The notes under the pieces are model-generated. The model had not been told where the DNA came from. It saw nothing but the letters and a program-made list of their open reading frames with translations, and did no database searches. The position numbers were made by a program, and so were the translations under genes. A DNA stretch of 63,764 nt, counting the filler, from Octopus bimaculoides (Eukaryota): NCBI RefSeq assembly GCF_001194135.2. It is 6 parts of 6 records of this genome, joined end to end, with 100 filler letters (N's around TTAATTAATTAA, not from the genome) between each part and the next. Parts side by side here need not be neighbours in the genome. Positions count along the whole stretch, not along the records: positions 37,943 to 55,713 come from NC_068998.1; positions 55,814 to 59,373 come from NC_068987.1; positions 59,474 to 62,560 come from NC_068995.1; positions 62,661 to 63,764 come from NW_026395897.1; 2 more parts are not named here. The stretch is one strand, 5' to 3'. Position 1 is the stretch's first letter, and each line of letters starts with the position of its first letter. Of this stretch, positions 53,800-63,764 are shown in pieces.

Positions 53800-54165
53800 A
53801 ATATGGCTCCGGTTTCAGTCCCAATATGTGGCACCTTCGGCTAGTATCTTCTACTATAGCCTCGGGCTGATCAGAGCCTTGTGAGTGGATTTGGTTGACG
53901 GAAACTGAAAGAAGCCCGTCGAATAATACTTGTGTGTGGAGGGGGTGTCTTTATGTTTGTGTTTACCCCAATCTCACCGCTTGACAACCGGTGTTGGTTT
54001 ACATCCCTGTAGCTTAGTGGTTAGGAAAAAAAGAGACCGATAAAATAAGGACCAGACTTTAAAAAAAAACAACAAATACTGGGGTTGATTTGTCCGATTA
54101 AATCCTTCAAAGCAGTGCCCCTGCATGACCACAGTCCAACGACTGAAATATGTAAAATGTAAATG
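53800..54165 (+). mobile_element. SINE family A, diverged copy
   Basis: Body and tail homology to the 53098 copy. Confidence 0.8.
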
Positions 54166-54299
54166 ATAAGAGATAAAACGTCTCTTTTTTTTTCTCTCTC
54201 CTTTGTTTTATATTTTTTCTTGAGCTCTAAGATTTACAAAGCCTGTTGTCCGATTAACGCGCACAAGTCACTGAAATTACAACATACCCTGAACGGGAC

Positions 54300-54760
54300 G
54301 CTAATCCGTTGCAAGCAGGGACCAAAGCCAGTACTTTTGAGGGGGGTGGGGACAACACGATTCCTATTTCTTTACTGCCCACAAGGGGCTACACACAGAG
54401 GGGACAAACAAGGACAGACAAATGGATTAAGTCGATTATATCGACCCCAGTGCATAACTGGTACTTATTTAATCGACCCCGAAAGGATGAAAGGCAAAGT
54501 CAACCTCGGCGGAGTTTGAACTCAGAACATAGCGGCAGACGAAATACTGCTAAGCATTTCGCCCGGCGTGCTAACGTTTCTGCCAGCTCACCGATTCCAT
54601 TGACCCCCTACTATTTGACTGGTACTTTATTTTATCGACCCCGAAGGGATCAAAAGCAGAGCTGACTTCGACGGGATTTGAACTCATAATGTAAAGAGCC
54701 AGAAGCAATGCAGCTGGGTATTTCGCCCGACGTGCTAACGAGTCCGCTAGCTCGCTGCCT
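54300..54760 (-). mobile_element. Two tandem SINE family B copies
   Basis: ~54300-54595 and ~54605-54760. Plus-strand copies lie at ~53545-53725 and ~55440-55635. Confidence 0.88.
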
Positions 54761-55157
54761 TTCTCTCTTCTACACTCTGCTAATAAACTCACCAACGCCT
54801 TCTGCGTACTCGGTCATTACTCTACGTCTCAACCTCTCCTATACTCAAACAATAAATTCACAAACACCTTCCTCACCCCTTCACTTACTAAACAGACTGT
54901 AACCACTACATACTACTCCCTACACTGAGGCAATATCTTCTAATATCTTAGGTTCCTCTACACTCGATCAATAGACTCTCCAAACCACCGCCCTCAGTCC
55001 TCAAATTAGTCTCACTAAAACCATTCATTCTAAGCAATCGTTACTTTCTACCTGAAATATTTCCATTCCAACCCCGTAGATTATAAAGCAATACATTAAT
55101 TAATTAACTATGAATTGAGTATAATCACGTTAATTTAATGTTGTCCTCTCATTTCAG

Positions 55158-55252
55158 TCGAAAATAATAGATGAATACAGGGACATTATACAGAAACGAG
55201 TGAATCCAGTTTTATTCGATATATTCCACCGTGTTCCACTTGAAACGGTCAG
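55158..55252 (+). CDS. DUF885-family protein, internal exon C (phase 0-2)
   Basis: Acceptor ...gtcctctcatttcag| and donor CAG|gtaaga; 95 nt = SKIIDEYRDIIQKRVNPVLFDIFHRVPLETV(R/S), in frame with exon B and matching ++..Y..II...+.P.L..+F...P. The contig ends 460 nt later. Confidence 0.82.
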
Positions 55253-55713
55253 GTAAGAATGATGATTTACTTAATGTAGATCCCATGTTTTTGCTTTTTA
55301 GAGTTAGGTCAGTCCCTACTAACAAAGTTAGGCTTATTCTTGTATATAGTTCGCTAAAAATCACTAACACACTAAAAATCCTTCACAATCGCACACACTC
55401 ACACTCGCACACGCTCTTAATAATGTATAAAATCACTAAGCCGGCGAGCTAGCAGAATCGAAAGCACGCGGGGCGAAATGCTTAGCGGTATTTCATCCGT
55501 CTTTAAATTCTGACCTCAAATTCCGCCGGAGTCAACTTTGCCTTTCATCATTTTGGAATCGATAAAATAAATACAAGTCGAGCACTGGGATCGATGTAAT
55601 CGACTTACGTCCTTGTGCCAAAATTTCAAACCACTCTTTTACTTTTTTCAGTCATTTAACAGTAGCTTGGCTGGGGTACCGCCTTGAAAGGTTTTTTTAA
55701 GTCGAACAAATCA

Positions 55714-55813
55714 NNNNNNNNNNNNNNNNNNNNNNNNNNNNNNNNNNNNNNNNNNNNTTAATTAATTAANNNNNNNNNNNNNNNNNNNNNNNNNNNNNNN
55801 NNNNNNNNNNNNN
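55714..55813. other. Artificial contig-join spacer 3
   Basis: 44 N + TTAATTAATTAA (55758-55769) + 44 N. Confidence 0.97.
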
Positions 55814-58800
55814 GGATTTTATTTATTAGATTTAAAAAAAAACATTTCACTTAATTTTTCCACATTCAATTGTTTTTAATGCTCTGCTCTAAGTCGTAAA
55901 AGTCGCAAAGACTGAAACCAGTATTAAAATGTTCTTCATGATAAAATTATTTTAGCATTTTCTACCTTGTCTTATTTTCCTTATGCATATCAACTCGTGT
56001 GTTACTTTTCAACCTCGTACATATATATTTATATATGTGTGTTTGTGTGTGTGTGTGTGTTCACGAAGAATATATCTTTTTCCGTCACCACCGCTTGAAG
56101 ACCAGTACTGATTTGTTTATGTACAAGTAACTTAGTAGTTCGGCAAGAGGTATCTGATAAAAGAAGTACCACGCTTTAAAAAATATATACTGAGGTTGAT
56201 TTATTCGACTAAAATGTCTTCAAGTTGGTGCCCCAGTATAGTCGCAGTCCAATGACTGAAACAAGTAATAGATAAAAGATAGATATATTGATGTATATTG
56301 ATAAATGCTTTTATCTATATCTTCATTTTATCTATTTATTTATTTATTTAGCTTGCATGTGTATGATTATACATTTGTATTACGATTCTCATATTTTGAA
56401 AAATGAAACAATTTTTCTTAGTAGATATGTCAATTGGTTAATAAGGAGAAAGCAAGTAAATAAATTTCTAATTTCAATTTTGATTTTAGGCATGTATTGT
56501 AAGTATTGTAATTAATGTTCTTTATATATACAGTATTATGTTAACAAATATAATTCTTAGATCAAATAAAACTTACGAGTTTCGTCACATTGCTATTATT
56601 TTGCATAGCAATAGTACAAATTATTGATTAAGATTTATAAAAGAAGATTAAAGCTAAGATGAAAGTTCGTATGATAAAATGTTTAATTTGCTGCTCTAAG
56701 GATACTGAAACCAGTAAATGGAAAATGAGTTAATAATTTGAATTGATTGTATATTCCAGAATGGCATCAAAGAAGAAGGTTACATTTAAAGTTTCCACTC
56801 TCATCAATATGTAATGAAACAAAAGGGGAAAAAAAATAGAATTATGCTGCTAAAATGGAAAATTTCAGTTGTATCACTTTGCAAATTCCTCAAATATTGT
56901 GGAAGACATTTATTTGTCAAAACAAAAAGTGAGTTGATGCGCATAGAATCGATACGGCCGGCTGAATATGTACTTGGAACATTCCAATTGGTAACTCTAG
57001 TTGCCATCACCTCACTCATCTCTTCATTTACTTGATTTCATCAAGAATACTGCTCTCCACTTGTGGTCTTGCTACACTAAAGTATAATGAGAATTAAAAC
57101 ATCTCACATATTAGTTACTGATTTCAAATTTTGGCGCAAGGCCAGCAATTTCGGGGGAGAGGTAAATTGATTGCACCGACCCCAGTACTCAACCAGAAAG
57201 GATGAAAAACAAATCGACGTCGGCGGAATTTAAACTTAGAACGTGAAGACGGACGAAATGCCGCAAAGCATTTTCCCAGCATGCTAATGATTCTGTCAGC
57301 CTTACCCCAGATATTAATTATTAAAACAATAACAAAGAAGACGAATTGACAAGATGTCTCTTGTCTAAGAGAATCATCTCAAAAAACTTAAACTCTTTTC
57401 TTCCCAGTTCTATTATGAGCGCTAAATCACGTATACCATATGGAAAATATTTCATTAACATTGTTGAAACGATGCCGATTTCACGTGACCTGCAAAAATC
57501 AAGTTCACATCACATAAAGACGTTGAATCACGTTCTTGTTTCATTTAACATTATTCCGGAAGAAATAAGACGTAAATTATTCAATGAAATTTATACGTGA
57601 CCTGGAGGAACTACTAAAAAAACCATAAGTGAACAATCGTTGTCCGGATACATTTCTGCTGACATTGACTCTTTCTTGGGTGTCATTACAAAATGGGACT
57701 TAAAGATTTCACTATGTAATATTTTTAACTTAAATACGCCCTGGACCAATATGTCCGAATCCTAAGTTTATTACATCACTTAAAAGTAATGATATAAACA
57801 TTAAATTGATGATAGATGAAAAACAAAAAAATGATAAATTCTGGGCATCTGTATACTTCTAGAGACTACGCTAAATTCCTCGTATAGATGTAGGCCGAGG
57901 TAAAATTTATTACAGGAACACAGTTGCTTGTGTTTACAAGATTTCTCTCTTCGTATTAATGTCTTGTGTAGGAACAGTGATCCCGATACAGTACGACAGC
58001 AGTGTTACAAGAGATCGCTAAAAATTGGATCAGAAGGTATGACACATCGTAATCGACTTTCTAAGACATTCATCAGCTCAGCTTCCCGGTCTGGTATTTA
58101 TTTGCTAATTTGGGCGAGAATTGAATTCAGAACGGAATGAACTAAAAAAAAAAAAAATCTTGTGAAACGTTATATCTAACGCGCTAAAATATTTGCCACT
58201 TCGCTGCCAAGAATTCTATTAGAATGAACAAACTATAATTATTTGGATGCCATTTGGAGGTGTTGTTTAATAATAAAAATAACTATGTTGCTAAAATTTC
58301 CAGAAAATAATTCTAACGACAGAGGACTATTACATTTTCTAAATTATAGTCAAATGGTGGTGTGCTGTTAGGGAGTTGATTTAATATTAGAGTTATGCAC
58401 TTTACTAAATTATATATTAAAAAAGGGGATTATAAAAATATTAATAGCCCAACCACTACCAAATAAAAAAAATCAAGAACAATAATATTAATAATAAAAA
58501 ATAATAATCAATTCAAAAGTGCTGTAAGGTTGTCATTATCACAAATGTCACGAGCCTTAAGAACAGTTGCTGAAAGTTTAAATGGATTGATGAAATCCCT
58601 AATTTTACAGAAACCTATTTGCTTGCCATAGCAAGAACAATAAGAAAGGTGTTAGAGGGTTAAAGTTATAACGTGAAGCTTGCTAACTATCGATCCAATA
58701 AAGGAGGAAAAGACAAACTAATCGATGAGTAAGGAAAAAGCACATAACTACTGCTAGTACTGGTATTACTACTACAATAATAATAATTTTTCTTCCATAG

Positions 58801-59149
58801 ACACAAGGCCTGAGATTTTGAGGAGAGGGTTAGTAGATTATACTGTCCTTAGTGCCGGACGGTTTCTTTATTCCTCTAATCCCAAAAAGGTTGAATGATG
58901 AAGTCGACATCGGTGGTATTTGCATTCAGACCGTAAAGGATCAGAAAAGATGCAGCTTAGTATATTTTTGTGACGTGCTATTTTACTAGTTAGCAATGAT
59001 GATGATTTGGGGGGTAATGTTTCATGTTAAGTTGATTATATCGACCTCAGTGTGGAACCGGTACTTATTTTATCGCTCCCAAAAGGATGAAATGTAAAGT
59101 CGACTTCGGCGGAATTTGAACTCACAATGTAAAGACAGATGAAATGCTA

Positions 59150-59187
59150 CAAATAATAATAATAATAATAACAACAACAATCATAAT

Positions 59188-59228
<41 letters not shown>

Positions 59229-59242
59229 TAATAATAACAATG

Positions 59243-59307
<65 letters not shown>

Positions 59308-59310
59308 CCA
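59150..59310. repeat. (AAT)n microsatellite
   Basis: Read directly from the sequence. Other arrays include (ATAC)n 140-220, (GT)n 43685-43780, (TAG)n 40425-40475 and 51105-51165, and (CTT)n 47050-47130. Confidence 0.95.
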
Positions 59311-59373
59311 TTCTATTATTGGCACAAGACTTGACATTTTGAGGGGACGAGGCTAAGTCGATTACATCAGCTC

Positions 59374-59473
59374 NNNNNNNNNNNNNNNNNNNNNNNNNNN
59401 NNNNNNNNNNNNNNNNNTTAATTAATTAANNNNNNNNNNNNNNNNNNNNNNNNNNNNNNNNNNNNNNNNNNNN
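59374..59473. other. Artificial contig-join spacer 4
   Basis: 44 N + TTAATTAATTAA (59418-59429) + 44 N. Confidence 0.97.
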
Positions 59474-60973
59474 GACAGCGGGAGTGGGTTTATTTGTTGT
59501 TGTCGGGGTTAATGGGTTTATGAGGAGGGGGTGTTTTTGGTTTTTACTGTGGGGTCTGATGTATGCGCAGCTTCTTTTTTCTTTTTTTCAGGACAGTCAA
59601 CGAGAATGTGGCCTCTTTGTCCGCAACCGTAACAGGTAGGCTTCCTGCCATCTGCCTGTACTCTAAGGGCCACCTTCTCTCCCACGAGCACTCTCTCTGG
59701 AAGATCTNNNNNNNNNNTTTATTTGTTGTTGTCGGGGTTAATGGGTTTGTGAGGAGGGTTTTTTTTGGTTTTTACTGTGGGGTCTGATGTATGCGGAGCT
59801 TCTTTTTTCTTTTTTTCAGGACAGTCAACGAGAATGTGGCCTCTTTGTCCGCAACCGTAACAGGTAGGCTTCCTGCCATCTGCCTGTACTCTAAGGGCCA
59901 CCTTCTCTCCCACGAGCACTCTCTCTGGAAGATCTTGCAGATCTTCCTGTGTTCCCTGAACCAGGATGTTGATGAATTTCCCCAACCAATACTGTGGGGT
60001 GGAGCAATTTACTTGTAAAATTTTAATTTTATCTGCCCTATTAAACAATAGGGCACCCACCACCTCTTCAGGGTCGACTTCAGGTGGTACTTCTGGTATC
60101 CTCACTCTCGCAGTTCTTCGTCCCATGTATGTGGGAAGAAGTACCACCTCTTTCGTTTTCAGGGGACACACCAAGTGCCCGCGGCCCACCTCTTCTCCCG
60201 AGAAACGGACCTCTACTGTCCCGTATGCCCGTCCCCTAGCGACATACACTATGTCTCTCCAAATTGGGGACAGGTATTTCTCAATGGTGTCTTTTTCGAA
60301 ATGTTAAAATTTTTTGTCCTTAGGACAGTATGTTTTGAATGTTACGGACCTTTTTTCGATATCAATTATAGCAGCGGAGGGTGATATTTTTACATCACCA
60401 CCCTCCTGTTTCATCCTTTTAAAAAGTTGCTCTATTTTTTCCATATTTATTTCAATGTTTTCGGTTGCCACTTCGGCAACCGCTGCAAACTTTTTTCTCA
60501 TGTTATTTTCCTCTTTCTGACTCTCAATGAGCGACTGTTTTCCGGTAACAATTTCAATAGGCATTTTCCCTTTACAAATGGGAGACCTATACAATATCAT
60601 TATTATTATTAATTTTTAAACGAATTGTTCTCCTCTACGCAAGGACACAGAAAGTTCAAATCCCGCCCCCGCTGGGGGGAGGGGTACAAAGGATAGTCTA
60701 AAAACGACTATTAACAGTTTGTACGAAAATTTTCACAGATACAAGAAATGCCTCAGTGGCCAAAAAATGTAACAGTTCAATAATTACTCCCCGATAAACC
60801 GGGAAGTACAAAGTCCAACGAATTTTCCAGCACTTTCCAACAGATAATTCAACCGCAAATTCAACAAGTACAACAACAGCAAGGCAATAATGACAGCAAG
60901 AAACTCTTACCGGGTAACGAACAGAATACGTCCAAACGCGACCTTACCGGAAGTGATGCAATTGCGCCAAACC
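59474..60973 (-). mobile_element. LINE (L1/Tx1-like) 5'UTR and frameshifted ORF1 with CCHC zinc knuckle; truncated by a contig join
   Basis: ORF pieces 60304-60600 and 59719-60249; CYGCGQRGHILVDC is C-x2-C-x4-H-x4-C; CACTTCCGG near the 5' end; about 370-nt 5'UTR. Confidence 0.8.
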
Positions 60974-61079
60974 GGAAGCAAGCTTCTTACCACACAACCA
61001 TGCTTGCGCCTATAATATTGGTTATAAAACCCACGGATATAATCTGTAGCACTATATAGCATATGTAGGTATGCTTGTG

Positions 61080-61190
61080 TGTATGTGTGTACGTGTGTGT
61101 CTGTGTTTGTGTGTATGTGTGTACGTGTGTGTCTGTGTTTGTGTGTATGTGTGTACGTGTGTGTCTGTGTTTGTGTGTATGTGTGTGTGC
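61080..61190. repeat. 32-bp minisatellite built from GT microsatellite
   Basis: Unit gtatgtgtgtacgtgtgtgtctgtgtttgtgt repeated about 3.5 times. Confidence 0.85.
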
Positions 61191-61779
61191 TTGTAAGCGC
61201 GCGTCTAAGTAAATAGTTGAATGTAAGCAAGAATAAAAGAGGGTATTCAATACTGGGTATTGTATAATTATTACACGTGTAGTACAGAGCATTAAAAGAG
61301 TCTATAATATGACGTTAGAAGAATGTTCAGATACAAGGATGATAAACACCAGTTCGTAGTCAATGTACATGGTAGTTGAAATGCTGTATCAAGAAGTTGT
61401 GGCTGTAATGCAGAGCCGGTTGAGGTACATCTCGTACTACTCGGTTGTGCCTTTCTTTTCCTTCTGGCACTTATATGCATTTATTCTTTTCGTATTTATT
61501 GTATCGACCGTGTGATGTACAAAGGAGCCATTCTCATCGCCTCACTTCGCACGGTCGTTTACACACGCACCAACATTTCAGCTTTATTAACGACGTTAAA
61601 TTGACAGAGTCGCAAGAGTATAGGACATAATACATTGCGATATCCGTTCTGGTTCACTGCACTGTAAGTTCAAACACGTCGCGGTCAACTTTGCCTTTCA
61701 TATTTTCGGTGTTGATAACAGAGTAGGTCGCAGCCGACCGGAGAAACGTATGTATATGCTACACCCTCTGCGGCCTCAC

Positions 61780-61919
61780 CCACAGATGCAACCCATGTAG
61801 ATTCTGCTGTCCTTGAATTTTATCAAGTTGACCCAGAATCTGGTGAATGTACTTCACCCGTTGCACCCTTCCTTCCACATTAGTACAGCTGTACCTCTCT
61901 TTGGAGAACAGTTCTTTCT
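61780..61919 (-). CDS. Candidate internal exon of an unidentified gene (phase 1-0), not in the ORF track
   Basis: Branch-point-like ctgac plus acceptor ...catttccatatag| and donor TGG|gtgagg; 140 nt open: xKELFSKERYSCTNVEGRVQRVKYIHQILGQLDKIQGQQNLHGLHLW. Confidence 0.5.
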
Positions 61920-62526
61920 CTATATGGAAATGTCAGTAATCTGCCTCGCCTCTTTCATCACATCATCATGTTTACATGATGCAATAAACCCATAGTCACA
62001 CATAGGATATATAAATATGCGTATATGCATATATATAGGTTTTGGGGTGTGATGATACGCCATAAAGTTAAACCATTTATGGACGGGAAACCCAGGGTAA
62101 TTCCATAAACCGTCCTTCCTCAATAAATTATATATACTGCTCTACATTTTAGAGTGTGGTTCTTCTCCAGGTTTATGCTTTCTACTAACGATACACACAC
62201 ACACACACATATATGTATGTATATGTATGTATGTATATATGTATGTACGTATGTTTGTATGCATGCATGCATGTGTGTGTGTATGTATGTATGTATGTAT
62301 GTATGTATGTATGTATGGAGGTATGTATGCATTTATGTATGTATTAGCAATAAAATTGCATAAGTGACGCACGGTGTAGTTTCGTATGGTAATAATCAAG
62401 TTAGATACATACTCGGAACGAAACTCCAGACACTTGCGTCACTACTGTTACTTTACATCTAAATTATAAAGAAAGATATATGTTCTACACTCAGTCTATT
62501 CTGTTGGTAGCATCAATCCTATGTAC

Positions 62527-62560
<34 letters not shown>

Positions 62561-62660
62561 NNNNNNNNNNNNNNNNNNNNNNNNNNNNNNNNNNNNNNNN
62601 NNNNTTAATTAATTAANNNNNNNNNNNNNNNNNNNNNNNNNNNNNNNNNNNNNNNNNNNN
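62561..62660. other. Artificial contig-join spacer 5
   Basis: 44 N + TTAATTAATTAA (62605-62616) + 44 N. Confidence 0.97.
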
Positions 62661-63764
62661 ATATATATATATATATTAGTATAATTTTACCTAAAATCTC
62701 CAAAAGTTAAAGAGATAGACAAAGAACATGCTACATTCCCTTCAGCTTAGGAGCTACTAAGGTATCAGGAAGAAAGACTTGTTACAGATTATTGCTTGTC
62801 ACTGTTTTTTATGGGGTCAGTTCCAATTTATAGACTAGTTTTATCAAATCCTTTTATATCTGACGCTGGGAGAACAAGGGGCAGTGTCTGTTAGGGGTAG
62901 GGCTGAGGGAGCAGACAGAAATCATAGTGGGTATAGTCATAAAAATCAAGATTTATAAGAAGCAATATCATGAGGTTTGGTAAAGGAAAACTTAAATCAA
63001 GATGTTAGCTGACAATTAAGGTGGCGGCCACTAGCAGACCATTGATAATGAAATAGTGGTAATCTTCTCATGTAGTACTATAGTTAAATATTTTAGAGAA
63101 TGTTGCTATATTGTATACAGTTAAAATTTAGGGTTAATCAAAGGATTATTAAGAAGAATGTTATAACAAAAGGATAAAAAATATTCGAATACTTTTAAGT
63201 ATATACCAAACTTTTACCACAATAGAGGTAGGAAAAGAAATTATCCAGAAATAGTTTAATATTTATACATATTATATACTTAAATACTAAGTCATCAGAT
63301 GGTATCTGTGAATAGTTATTAATTGGTATATACTGGTATTTGATAGAGGGGTACTGAGGTAAAAGAACATGCAAACTGTATATTAATTAAATTATAAACT
63401 AAGCAGTTTATTATAAGTAGTGAATAGACCAGTATTGTTTTATATAAGCTAAGTATGAATTTATAGATGTATAAAAATTAGATTTATTTTATAAATAACG
63501 GCTAATTATAAAATAATCAGGTAGGGCAGAAAAGGAATAAAATAGCTTAATCACTAATAACATGATAAAGTATATGTAGATTATTAACAATAATAGAGAA
63601 GATTTATAGGAAATGTATAATAATTCAAAATATATTAGATTAAAATTTATATATTTAATTATTTAGCTGGTATCAATAAAAGACTAATAACTGGTATTGG
63701 CTAAAGAAATATTTAAGTTACAGGACATCCTAATTTTACACTAATTTTTTTTTAATTCTAAAAC

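Noticed and set aside
57407-57500. Possible next DUF885 exon (SIMSAKSRIPYGKYFIN...)
   Set aside because: Good acceptor but poor match to the expected V.PMP..G..G.Y...DGSRPG block, no clear donor, and it lies across an artificial join.
59484-59935. Exact ~220-bp tandem duplication in LINE ORF1 giving a second zinc knuckle
   Set aside because: Near-identical copies flank a 10-N gap, typical of unmerged overlapping contig ends.
62661-63764. Nuclear mitochondrial insertion
   Set aside because: AT-rich, but no mitochondrial ORF, tRNA or rRNA motif was recognisable in the frames tried.

Overview
Repeat-dense animal genomic DNA, almost certainly a coleoid cephalopod (Octopus-type tRNA-derived SINE families, very high microsatellite density, many N gaps). 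The window is not contiguous biology. Five identical 100-bp artificial spacers (44 N + TTAATTAATTAA + 44 N) split it into six pieces: 1-15352, 15453-37842, 37943-55713, 55814-59373, 59474-62560 and 62661-63764. The best-supported gene is a spliced + strand DUF885-family gene (bacterial-type, putative metallopeptidase-like) with three in-phase exons at 49386-49553, 51296-51382 and 55158-55252. Several unassigned candidate exons occur on other pieces. The rest is mobile DNA: four SINE families, mariner and Tc1/maT fragments, MITEs (including a ~190-nt near-perfect hairpin), RTE and R4/Dong non-LTR fragments, a decayed Penelope-like element, and the 5' end plus zinc-knuckle ORF1 of an L1/Tx1-like LINE abutting a truncated SINE head. 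Most long ORFs in the supplied track are artefacts of N-runs and microsatellites. No CRISPR, rRNA or intact tRNA gene is supported, and I cannot show a wholly new system. The most promising leads are the DUF885 gene, the inverted SINE pairs bracketing its exons, a pair of paralogous signal-peptide-like first exons, and a CpG-decay domain. All family assignments come from my recall of motifs; no searches were run.
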